A stretch of DNA of 64,000 bases from Octopus sinensis (lineage: Eukaryota): NCBI RefSeq assembly GCF_006345805.1, contig NC_043012.1, positions 54,188,001 to 54,252,000 on the forward strand. Reading direction: 5' to 3'. Each line of letters opens with the position of its first letter. Position 1 is the stretch's first letter. The translations under genes were made by a program, and so were the position numbers. Shown piece after piece: positions 24,881-36,766 of the stretch. The notes below the pieces were generated by a model, which saw only the letters and a program-made list of their open reading frames with translations, did not search any database and was not told the DNA's origin.

Positions 24881-25496
24881 CATGATGGCTGCCCCCACGA
24901 AGCTTAACTGTTATTGGTGCTGTGATCGAATGTGAATTTTATTTGCTTTTTAAGGCTACAGCCAGCCATTCAGTTGAGATTCACAGCACCATCAACAATC
25001 ATGAACAATGTTGTTATCGGGCAATGCCTGTGCAAGAATATTTTTTTTAAGTGAGGAAAGGCTGTGCACTGAGTCAATTCCACTCACTAAGCAACAGCAG
25101 CCATAATCCGAAAAGAAGAACAAGTCAACATCATCGGTAACCACTGAGCCGCAGGTTTTATGTCGGAGTTATCCCAGTTACCTGAGTTACCTTCTCCTAG
25201 AAGGATGCCCTAACAAAGGTTAGGAGTCCTTCACTCCCAATGGTTTAACCCCGCGATCGGGTATTCAGTCTGATTATTTCTATGTCCCCGCGCATGATAC
25301 ATTTATTGGATAGCCGTTGACTCTCAAAGTTCCTCCGCCCTTTGACGGATTTTGTTTTTCATCCCGCAGGGTGTCCAATAAACACCCTCCTCACCAAGCA
25401 AGCTTGGTGGGGTTGCCGGTTTAGTCGCCGACGGCCCGACCATGCAACAGGTTGTACTGGGTTGCATGTTACCTGTAGCACTCGAAAGTGACCTGA
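24881..25496 (-). mobile_element. Non-coding interspersed element H, copy 1 (class uncertain; strand inferred)
   Basis: High similarity over ~620 bp to 54080-54727 with the same termini; inserted in (TA)n/(CATA)n. Confidence 0.8.
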
Positions 25497-25699
25497 CATA
25501 CATACATACATGCATGAAAGCATCACTTCATACATACACACACATATACATACATACATGTATGCATGCATAGATACATGCATACATACATATATGCATG
25601 CATGCTTATAAGCATGTATACATACATACATATATACATACATACATACATACATGCATACACGCACGCTTATTCAGACGTAACTGTCACACATCAATA

Positions 25700-26230
25700 A
25701 TTCTCCGTGTAAGAACTTTGTCCTGCGTAAGTTGTGAGGCATCCAGTGATCCTGGTGAGTTGACGTAAATACGTTGTGTTCGGACGACCTGCTCCAGTAC
25801 TGCCATGCTTTGGCATCCATAAACAATAGGTCTTTTTCCAGTTCTTGTTTATCACACCAGCAAAATCGAGGGCACATCGGACACAATGCTTAGCTGCATT
25901 TAGTCCGCTGTTTTCACATTCCACCGCGGCCATCCTTGCCTTTCATCCTTCCTGCGTCGATGAAATAAGTACCAGTTGAGCACTGGGGTTGATGTAATCG
26001 AGTTACCCCTTCCCCTAAATTGCTGGCCTTGTGCCAAAATTTGAAATTATCCTTATTATTATTTTAAACGTAATTAAGATGGCGAGCTGACAGCAATGTC
26101 CCGCAAAGCGCAAGCGCTTTTCCTTTTTAATGGTGGAAACAGACAGATCTTCATCTGGCTGTTTCTTGGTGAGATGAGTTCTCCAAGATATTTTGAAGAC
26201 TGCTCTGAACATTCGGGTTAAAGTTCCATC
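25700..26230 (-). mobile_element. RTE-clade LINE 3' fragments interrupted by a SINE
   Basis: TLTRMFRAVFKISWRTH...EKRLRFAGHC and LWMPKHG...GRPNTTYLRQL motifs. Confidence 0.7.
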
Positions 26231-26544
26231 TTTTCTTTCTTTTTTTTTCTTTTTTTTTTTTTGCTTGTGTTTTTCTCTTTTCTTATAAGTGTCCATGTTG
26301 CTGCCCCTAAACACTTTATAGGTACGGAAGATTTAAGAGAAAGCAAAACAAAACCGCTCAGCATGTGATAGGGAGGAAATTTGCCTTTGACTTTGATGAC
26401 GTGCTTCCGTCAAATCCGTTGCAAAGCCTCCGCACCATTATGAGATGAAGGGATAGGAAGAGGATATATTGCCAATGACGAATATATAGCAATAATAGAA
26501 GTCCAATATTTCAAGAATGGTACCATAAACTATACTGAGACCTC

Positions 26545-26687
26545 CTAAAAAGTTTCCCTCCCAGGCACAAGTCTGAGCAAGGTTGTTAATGGAAGACCAG
26601 CAGTCACCCATGCATACCGGCCTCCTCTCTCCACGCCACCAGTGTTATCCAAAGGAAAGGCAAAGGCCGATACAGCTTGGCACCTGA
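26545..26687 (-). mobile_element. CORE-like SINE tail D fragment
   Basis: Reverse complement of 12500-12650. Confidence 0.75.
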
Positions 26688-27379
26688 GCCATGCACCTTC
26701 ACAATAAACGATACTATTCCAGCCGTTATTGATGTATCGGTATTAGTTGTTCGTAGTGCGGCGATTGGGAGCGGCAGTTTCGACGCTGACGATTTGGCAC
26801 GGCTAACTAGATATTCAGCTTCTTTTGATGACGGTACTTTTTGGCACTGGTGTCAAAGACGCCTGCGCACGAAGAAATATATACATACAGAGAGAGCGAG
26901 AGTGAAAGAGAGAGGGGGATATTATATATACATAGAAACATAACTAGACGCTCACTCATATAAACACAGAGAAAGAGTGGGGAGTGGTGAAACGGGAGAA
27001 ATATTGCTTTTAAACTTTGGTACAAGGCCAGTAAGTTCGGAGGAGCGGGTAAATCAACTACATCGACAGCAATGTTCGACTGGTACTTTTATCGAACTCA
27101 GAAGGATGAAAGGCAAAGTTGACCCCGGCTACATTTGAACTCAGAATGTAAAGTCAGAAGAAATGCCGTTAAGAAACGAGAGAAATGTTAAAAACAAGAG
27201 AAACATTAAAACGTATATTGTCTAACTCATCGTTGAATCACCGACGCCAAATAGGCCGCGGCAACACGACTGCTCCAAAACGTCTCATACCCCTAATCGT
27301 TGTGGCTCAAACTTGCTTCTGCTGTTAAACTATTACTACTATAGATTCTATTCCTGCTGCTATTGTTACTACCATTGCT

Positions 27380-27602
27380 AAAGCGGCGAGCTGGCAGAAT
27401 CGTTAACACGTCGAACAAAATGCTTAGCGGCATTTTTGTCGGTCTTTACTTTCTGAGTTCACATTCCGCCGAGGCTGCCTTTGCCTTTCATCCTTTTGGC
27501 ATCGATGAAATAAGTACCAGTACCAGTTGAGCACTGGGGTCGATGTAATCGACTTAGCCCCTTACCAAATTTGTTGGTCGTCCCGTTCCAAAATTTCAAC
27601 CC
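27380..27602 (+). mobile_element. SINE family C (tail C2)
   Basis: AAGCGGCGAGCTGGCAGAATCGTTA head, GCCTTTCATCCTTTTGGCATCGATGAAATAAGTACCAG central domain, CCAAAATTTCAACC end. Confidence 0.82.
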
Positions 27603-27850
27603 AATATTACCACCGCTGCTAATCTATACCGGAACTTCTCAAACTTTGTTAACTATCGACTTTTTTCTTTTATTAACACTTTTCCAACACCACCCCGCTT
27701 CTACGATGCTGCACCTTACATTACGAATATACATATACGTAATTTAGTCTTTGGTACTGGTTTGATGCGAGTGACTACTTTATCAAAGTACCGCTCTACT
27801 CTAAGCGAAAATATACCACATATATGCAGAAGTGGTATATAGTCGCTTTT

Positions 27851-28082
27851 AAGGCGGCGAGCTGGCAGAAACGTTAGCACACCGGGTGAAATGCTTAGCA
27901 GTATTTCGTCTGCTGCTACGTTCTGAGTTCAAATTCCGCCAAGATCGACTTTGCCTTTCATCCTTTCGGAGTCGATTAAATAAGTACCAGTTACGCACTG
28001 GGGACGATATAATCGACTTAATATCTATATCTGTCCTTGTTTGTCCTCTCTGTGTTTAGCCCCTTGTGGGTAGTAAAGAAAT
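27851..28082 (+). mobile_element. SINE family C (tail C1) with ~92-bp TSD
   Basis: Full head-to-tail copy ending CCCCTTGTGGGTAGTAAAGAAAT; flanked by a duplicated 92-bp sequence. Confidence 0.88.
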
Positions 28083-28151
28083 GGATTCTGGTTTGATACG
28101 AGTGACTACTTTATCATAGTACCGCTCTACTCTAAGCGAAAATATACCATA

Positions 28152-28534
28152 CTAGCAGTATCGTCCGGCGTTGCTCGGGTTTGTAAGGGAAATAACTATA
28201 AAGCATTTTTAGAGAGTTATAGCCAAAAAATAGCAAAAAATGGGAAAAAAATTATGGTAAATTTTTTTTTAGGGTTAAAAAGGTCGAGTTGCGTCCCCTA
28301 GACCATCTGTGGTTTGTGTTTCTAATTGTCGACCCCATGTCGAATTTATCAATCTTTTTCAGAACTGGAGGAACTTTTCAAAATTTTCGCTGTGTTAGTT
28401 TTGAATTATGACATTGGGCTATGTGTGTGTCAAGTTTCATCAGAATCGGTTGAAAGCCGTGGTCAGGGTGAGGGTACAACCTAACAGACACACAGACACG
28501 CACACAGACAAACTGCCGTTTATATAGAGAGAGA
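28152..28534 (-). mobile_element. Non-autonomous Helitron (subfamily 2)
   Basis: Minus strand A|TC...CCCGAGCAACGCCGGACGATACTGCTAG|T; removing it restores the empty site seen at 27811-27830 with no TSD. Confidence 0.88.
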
Positions 28535-28914
28535 TATATGCAGAGGTGGTATATAGTCGCTTCTGTTTATTTACTTTTTCACATTTCAAAGTCTATTATT
28601 ATTGTTAATGCCGTCTTTGTTTTTACCATTATTGCTATGTTACGACTAACAATCTGTTTATCATATTACATTAAAGTTTTGTTTTTAAAGTTAATATTCA
28701 AATGAAAGATAAAGACTGGAAAATAAACTGCAGCGATGCAACTGTCTGTCGCCTCTCACTACAACCCGGTTTGCCTCCAATACCCATATTAATTTTTTTT
28801 TCCACAGACCCCAGGGGTGCGGTGCCGCCCACTTCTAAAACACTTGTCTATAGCAAATCGTTTTCAGTTGTTTATAGATATGCTCATACACCCACATACT
28901 TACATATATATATA

Positions 28915-28976
<62 letters not shown>

Positions 28977-29318
28977 TTATATACATATACATATTTATAT
29001 ACATATATATACATATATACATATATATACATATATACATATATATACATATACATATATATATACATATACATATATGTGTGTGTGTGTATTCTTTTAT
29101 TTGTTTCAGTCTGCGGCCATGCTGGAGTACCACCTTTAGTCGAACGAATCGGACCCCAGGGACATATTTGTAAGCGTACTACGTAGTCTATCAGACTCTT
29201 TTGCCGAACCGCTAAGTTACGGGGACGTAAACACATGAACATCGGTTGTCAGGCGATGGTGGGGAACTAACACACACACACACACATACACACACACGCA
29301 CACACGCACACACACACA

Positions 29319-29367
<49 letters not shown>

Positions 29368-29391
29368 CATATATATGTATGTATGTATATA

Positions 29392-29422
<31 letters not shown>

Positions 29423-29429
29423 ATGTATG

Positions 29430-29461
<32 letters not shown>

Positions 29462-30039
29462 AAGAAACAGACTAGACTAGTCGTTAGAGTGATGGACGGA
29501 TTGCCTCGCAGTGTTCGCTCTTGATCTCTGTGTTTAGTGAGATCTGGGGTAGAATCGGCTCAGCCGGCTTAAAATACGTAAAATCCGCCATATGTCGTGA
29601 CGGTGCTCTCGGCCCATTATCAGGAGTTGAGAACCTGATCTTAGTCATGTGTGTGTATGCGCGCGAACGCTTGCGGCCGTGCATGTCTATATGTATGTGT
29701 GTAATCTTGATGAGAATTTTGGACAATAGTTTTCTCTTTACTTATGCACAAGACTCAAATTAGCATGAAAGTGGCTGAATAATCCCATGTCACGTCGGCT
29801 ACTCCTAATGTACATCTCAAGTGGGATCAACGTAGTACAGTGTGACAAGGCTGAACCTTTGCATTATAGGCACAAACCCTTTGGCGGGCTTCTACACAGT
29901 TTCTGTCGCCCCTACTTTAACTCACAAGACTTGAGTAGCCCTGAGGTTATAGTAACGACATTACCCTATTTGCCACGCGCTGTGATCGAGCCATAGAGCT
30001 CGCGATTATGAAGTAAAGTTTTTAACCATTCTTTTCTAC

Positions 30040-30414
30040 TCTAGACACAAGGACCGAAATTTTGGGTGAGGGGTTTATACAATTAGATCGACCCCAGTAC
30101 GCAACTGGTACTTAATTTATCGACCCCGAAAGTCGACCTCGGCGGAATTTGAACTCAGAACGTAAAGACAGACGAAATACCTATTTCTTTACTACCCACA
30201 AGGGGCTAAACACAGAAAGGACAAACGAGGACAGACAAATGGATTAAGTCGATTATATCGACCCAAATGCGTAACTGGTACTTATTTAATCGACCCTGAA
30301 AGGATGAAAGGCAAAGTCGACCTCGGCGGAATTTGAACTCAGAACGTAGCGGCAGACGAAATACTGCTAAGCATTTCGCCCGGCCCGCTAACGTTTCTGC
30401 CAGCTCGCCGCCTT
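30040..30414 (-). mobile_element. SINE family C, dimeric arrangement
   Basis: Full C1 monomer followed by a second headless unit starting GGTATTTCGTCTG. Confidence 0.85.
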
Positions 30415-30515
30415 ATCTTAACTTCTTAACCATTCATCTACACACTTATCCATCTGTGTGTGAGCGTGTACACATGGGTGTGGGCGTGCGCGTGCGTTTG
30501 TTCTGCCTTCACTGT

Positions 30516-30546
<31 letters not shown>

Positions 30547-30999
30547 TTTGAATTCCTCTCTGAAGGCAAGATCTGGTTTCTAACAAGAAACAAAACCCTT
30601 ATCACTGGAATTTGGATCACTGCCACGAAAGTCTTGTATATTTGTAATGTTCCACTTACAAATTATTTCTGTAACGTTTTTATTGATCACTCTTGCTTGA
30701 AAATCTTAGCTTTTCCAGATTGTCACTTAGACATTTAGAAACATAACCAGGAACTTTATAAACAGAGCAAACATGATGTAAGTTTATGCATGTTCCCTTC
30801 TGCTTTTAATTATTTGAATTCTTCATTTAATGAAGGAGTTGGTTTCTATTAAAGATTAAATCTCTATCGTTGGAACGCAGTTAGAAAACAATGACACATT
30901 TTTTTTAACTTGACAAAGTCTTGCATACTTTTACTGTTCCGCTTACAGACTATACTTAGAATGTATATGTTAGCTGGTTGATTTCTTTTTCTGGAAAAC

Positions 31000-31190
31000 T
31001 GTTGTGGGGATAATAGTAATAACGGTACACCCTTCCCATATGACGAGTGGTATGTATTAGTCACTATAAATAAGGTGACGTCGGTCAGTATAAAGAGAGA
31101 GTACAAAGTAAACGGTCATAGATAATCGTGGTATTACTTGTCTTACTAACTATATTGCTATACCGGAGTAGACGTTATAACAATCCGACA
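31000..31190 (+). repeat. Candidate 5' LTR of the Gypsy element
   Basis: Begins TGTTG, ends ACA, and is followed immediately by GTGATGACGAGGA, resembling a TGGCGACGAGG-type primer-binding site; no 3' LTR is available for confirmation. Confidence 0.4.
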
Positions 31191-34100
31191 GTGATGACGA
31201 GGAATTAGCAACCTCACAAAAGTCTTTCTTTTTTTTTGCGAATTTTACGGAAAAAAATCGTAAAATTATGGAAAATTCGTTATCCGGCTTGCTCGAGTTG
31301 CAAAAACAGCAACAACAACAACTGAAAGAACAACAACAACAGCTGCAACTGCAAGTACTACAGTAGAAGCTACAATAATAGCAGCTACAATTGCAAGAGC
31401 AACAACAGAAATAACAACAACAACTAAAAGAACAACAGCAGCAGCTATTACTGCAAGAACAACTTCAGCAGTAAAAGCAACAAACAACAATGCTGTAATT
31501 AATGAAGAGTAAGTAGTCAGGAAATGCTGAAAAAATGTTCTCGCCAGATTCTTTTGCGAACTCTATAACAGAGTTTAAGTATGAACCAAACGAAGAAGTT
31601 ACCTTCGAGGCTTACTATAGAAGATATGAACAAATCTTGAATACAGAGTGCAAAGATTGGGACGACGATATGAAAATGCGTTTAATCCTAAGAAAACTGG
31701 CGGCATGAGAACATGACCGTTAAAGCAACCACGTACTCCTGAAAAAGAACCTTCTGAAATAAACTTTAAAGATACAATAAACATATTTTTAGTGAGAAAA
31801 GCTCATTGTTCAATACACATTGGAAATGTTTGAACCTAGAAAAGAACAACGAGGTGGACTATATCAGATATGCTGGTAGAGTTAACAAGGAATGTGAAAA
31901 GTTCAAACTGGACAAATTAATGCTAGATATGTTCAAGTTCCTGATATTTATTCAGGAACTAACTACAGAGAAAGTCGCAAAAGTAAGAACAAGAATTTTC
32001 GCTAAGCTGGAACAAAACCAAGCTGTAAACTTTCAAGTGTCAGAAGAGTGTGAAAGAATGGTAAATTTATGACTCGACACAGAGAAAAATTGAACATAAA
32101 AATTGCTCCAAAGTGAAACAAGTGCGAATTAGGCAGAATAGAAATCAAGTGTGTACTAAAATACAGTAAAAAAAAGGACAAGAATCAGGAAACAAAGTCA
32201 TATTTTACACGTGGAGGTCTACGCCTGAGGAAAAACTGTCCATTTAAGATGGCGGAATGCTTCCGTTGTGGAAAAGTTGGACACGTAAAAGCACACTGTT
32301 GAACTAAATTGACAAAACATTGGAACAAAGAAAAAAGAATGTCGTCGAAAGAAAATGGTAATATAACAAAGAGAAAATTCGTAAATGTGAAAATTAAAAA
32401 TATAAGAGTAAAAATGCAGTTAGACATTGGAAGTGATATTACTATTGTGAACGAAAAAACTTGGAAGTATATCGGTAAGCTGAAATTAAGTAAATTTACA
32501 AAAGTAGCACATGGTGTTACGAGTAAAAGATTGTATTTTGTTGGTGAATTTGTGTGTAATGTAACAGTTCGTGTCCAAATGAAAACGGCAAAAACATATG
32601 TGCTAAAAAATTCAGTTAATCTATTCGGCACAAATTAGAGGGAAATATTCAAACTGTGGAATACGCGCATAAGTGTTTTATGTGGGAATATAGTCGGTTG
32701 AGTCGAAGGTTCGAATGCGGCTGAGGGAATGAATAATTTATTTCTAGGTTTTCTTGGAGAAATGAGCTATTGCACGAAAACAAAGAGAAGACATCTGTAT
32801 TTAAGCCGACCAGGTATACAATGAAATTGAAAGATTTGAAAGCTTAGGAATAATCGAGAAGACGGACCACTTAGGTTGGCAGAACCTACGGTCTACGTAA
32901 AAAAGAAAAATAACAAGTTAAGAGTTAGTGCAGATGTTTCGAATGACTGCTTAATCTCACATAACTACCCATTGCCGAGTCCTGAGGAAGTGCTTGCAAA
33001 ATTGAATGGAGGGAAATTCTTCTCAAAATTAGACCTCTTGGAGGCATATCTACAAATCCAAGTAGAAGAGTAATGCTCACATTTATTAACCATCAATACA
33101 CACCATGGTTTATTTAAATTTAAGCGGCTTTCTTTCGGTGTAAAAGCGGCTGTAATTTTGCTATCGCCTATTTAGACGGTATTCTAATAAAAGGTGAATC
33201 ACATGAACAACATGTGGAACACGTCAAAAGAGAATACGAGTTCAAGTTAACGGAAGAAAAATGCGAGTTCTTTATGAAAAGAATTAAATACTTGGGTCAG
33301 ATAATAGATAAAAACAGACGGAAAAGATCCAACCAGAGCTACAGCGATAAAATTTATTCCCGCGTCGAATAATGCGACTATGCTACAAGCATTTTGGGGT
33401 TTAGTAAGTTATTATCAAATTTACATTCCCAATATACTTAATGTAAGGGCCCCGTTCAATGATCGGTTAAAGAAAAATACAAAATGGTTTTCGAGTGGTG
33501 AGTGACAGAAGGCATTTGACGAGTTAAAAAGCATTTTAATATCGGACTTGTTAATGCATCTTGATCCAAAATTGGATATTGTATTGGCTACAGGTGCGAG
33601 TGATTAGGAACCGTGCTTCTGCATAAATATGGCGATGGGAGTAAAAAGGCTAAAACCCATGCATCACGAACGTTATTACCAGCTGAAAGGAACCATAGTC
33701 AAATAGAAAAAGAAGCGTTAGCAATTATATTCGGTGTGAAAAAAATACACAAATTTATTCATGAAAGAAGTTTCTGTCTACAAACGGATCATTGCCCACT
33801 ACTGTCAATATACGGTTCCTAAAAAAGGAGTGCCAACACACACAGCGACGGGGCACTACATAATTGAATTATGACTAGAAAGTGGAATATTTACCGTCAA
33901 AAGAACTAGGGCATGCGGATGGTTGGTCCAGACTGATACCAAAATACTGCGAGCCATTTGAAGGTACGGTAATCGCAGCTTGAAGAGCAGATGGAGAAAT
34001 ATAATATGCAATGTGGAGTATGGTATACGAATTACCGGTAACCCTAGAAGACAAAGCGAAATGCGGTAAAGGATAAATCTATAACAGAAGTGGGAAGAAC

Positions 34101-35010
34101 ACTATGGTCAGGAAGAGGGAATAGTAACAAGACTGGTGCGAAACGAAACCAATACGTAAACCTATACTCAATTTGTGATGGCATACTGATGTATGCACAG
34201 AGAGTAGTGATACCTGAAACACTGCAAAAGAAAATGTTGAGGGAATTTCATGTTGGTCATCCTGGTATTTCGAAGATGAAAGTTTTAATGCGTAGCTACG
34301 TGTACGGCCAAAAGTGGACAGAGAAATCGAAAATTTAATGAAAGGCTGTAGAGGATGTACTCTAGCAGCAAAATAAATGGCGATAAAAAGTGAGCCTTGC
34401 CCAAAAGTAGATGTTCTGTGGTTGGGACTACACATCGATTTCGCTGGTCTTTTAAACGGTTCATACTACTTAGTGGTAGTTGATAGTTTCTCTAAATGGC
34501 CAGAAATTTGTAAGTGTAAAAAGCCAACCTCCTCAACTGTGACAAATTTTTTACATTAGCTGTTTGCAAGATTTGGCATCCCAGACGCGATAATGTCAGA
34601 CAATGGAACGCAATTTGTGTCTTTTGAATTTAAAAGTTTTGAGAAACATTCGCAGTAGAACATGTAACTACGGCGCCATACCATCCCAGATCTAACGGAC
34701 AAACAGAACGCTTTGTCGATACGTTCAAGAGAGCCTGAAGAAAGACGATAAAGGGAGTTGTGGATGATGAGGTAGCTCTACAACAATTCTTAAGAGTATA
34801 CCGCATGACACAAAGGTATGTCACCAGCGGAGCTGATGTTTGCGAGGAAAGTAAAATCAGTGTTCAACAAATTGCTACCTGGCAAGAACAGAAAATTTGC
34901 AAGAAAAAATACAGCAAGGATCTTCTAAATTGATGAAAAGGTATTTTTGAAGGTATATAAGAACGAAAAACAGAGTTAGGAAGGTGGCGTGATTACCAAA
35001 CACATAGGGA
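31191..35010 (+). mobile_element. Ty3/Gypsy LTR retrotransposon internal region, heavily decayed (gag-pro-RT-RNaseH-integrase)
   Basis: Gag zinc knuckle ECFRCGKVGHVKAHC; protease MQLDIGSDITIV; RT NYPLPSPEEVLAKLNGGKFFSKLDLLEAYLQI and AYLDGILI; RNase H ASRTLLPAERNHSQIEKEALAIIFGVKK...LQTDHCPLL; integrase FHVGHPGISKMK, LHIDFAG...VVVDSFSKWPE, SDNGTQF, APYHPRSNGQTERFV. Confidence 0.95.
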
Positions 35011-36635
35011 AAAGGCTATATTTGACAGTTTTTTCCCACCATTGATCCACCAATATTCCTTGATGGCAGGGATATTCTCTATATTTATTCCAGGACAATC
35101 ATTTATTTATTCCAGGACATGTGTATGTATGTATTTATGCATGTATATATATGTATGTACGTATGCATGTATGTATGTTTCTTCACTGTGTTTTATATTT
35201 GTTATAATTCTTCTTGGAAGGAATAGGCTTGTTTCTAACAAAGAAACAGGTTCGTTGCTGAATTTGAATAACAACAACAATATAAGCTGCATATTGAACT
35301 TTAAGAAAGTCTTGAATATTTTTACTCCTGCACTAAAAGTTTACGTCAGCCGGTCTCTTTCTTTGCTTGAATATCCTAGCTTTGACAACTGCTGATAAAC
35401 ATAACCAAATACAACAGTGACTATTGGTATAAATATAAATTTTTAATCAGTGTAGAGGAGCGGCAACTTTATAAAGTTGTCTATCGAAATTCTCCTTCTC
35501 GCTGGTTTTTGAAGAGATATTCATATTAGCAGAGCAGCTAACTTCATGACAATGCACGAATTCCCTTTTCTATTCCAAATAATTATTTCAGGTCTGTATT
35601 GCTTGCACATAGTAAACATTTTGATGAGAATGTTCTACCAATATGGAGGGGTTAGATATTAATAGTGTTCTTCAGAGTCCAAGGCTTAAAAGCTAACCGA
35701 AGACAATCTGCTTCCTTTACGAAGCTTTTATACCCTTCAGAAAGCGATCTTCGTTTCAAACACTTGATCTCTGTGATCTCGCAGATAAAAGATTTTTCTC
35801 CAAAACCGATCTGAGTTTTGCTTAAGTATGTCATTCTGTTTTGGTGAGGTCGTGAATACTTAGCAGAAAGCTTTAAATTATAAATGGTTTGCAGAAATCC
35901 TTTCATAACAATATGAGATGTTTCTGTTTCCTTCCTACTTCTTCATGTCATGGTTTTAAGTTACCTTAATCCTGTTGCATAAAAACATTATATTTACAGG
36001 TTTAATGCAGCACAGATAGAGAAATGATTGAATTCAAAGAATCAGTTATCTATTAATAGTAACATGCAGCACCAGTTGAAATTACACGGCTAGTTTAAAA
36101 ACTATAAGATTATTGTGAATTTATAGAAAACGATGAAATACGTTTCTTTTGAAATCGTATTTTTCTAGTGATTGTTTCTTTAGTTAATGAAACATTCATA
36201 GGAGTAATATCATATTAGCAGAAAGAACATATATGAAATCTATATTATTTTGAAGTAGTGAGTACGACTCCCGGACAGGGATGTATGTTGTGTTCTTGAG
36301 CAAGACTCTTTATTTCATGTTGCCCCCCAGTTTATCTCAACTGTAGAAATAAGTTGCGACATCACTGGTGCCAAGCTGTCCTCATGTATGCACCCTGCAT
36401 AAGTATTTTTCGCTTATATATTTGTCGGTGTATGTCTACTGAGGATTACAAAATAATCTTTATTACAGGGCATGCAATCTTAGGATATAGGATTATCCGA
36501 AATTTTGTTTCGACCTGGGGTAATAAATAGAGAATAAATTTATAGTGGACTGTAGGTATTTGACATCTACTTCTAGCATATAGGCAACTGGCATTCCAGC
36601 GCCCTTAATTATAATTATATTTTTATAATTATACT

Positions 36636-36680
<45 letters not shown>

Positions 36681-36766
36681 CGCCATTACTTACCTTAAGA
36701 ATCGCTATCTATTATGTTTATCTATCTTTATGTGGAGAAATAATGTAAACCAAGGAAATATATATA

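Noticed and set aside
25370-25496. HDV-like ribozyme at the end of element H
   Set aside because: Hairpins are present, but I could not fit the nested double pseudoknot or the L3/J4-2 residues.
35010-35400. 3' LTR of the Gypsy element
   Set aside because: No match to 31000-31190 and no polypurine tract; the element appears 3'-truncated.
35652-35906. ORF with TQIGF resembling a LINE RT motif
   Set aside because: A single weak motif; downstream RT motifs were not found.
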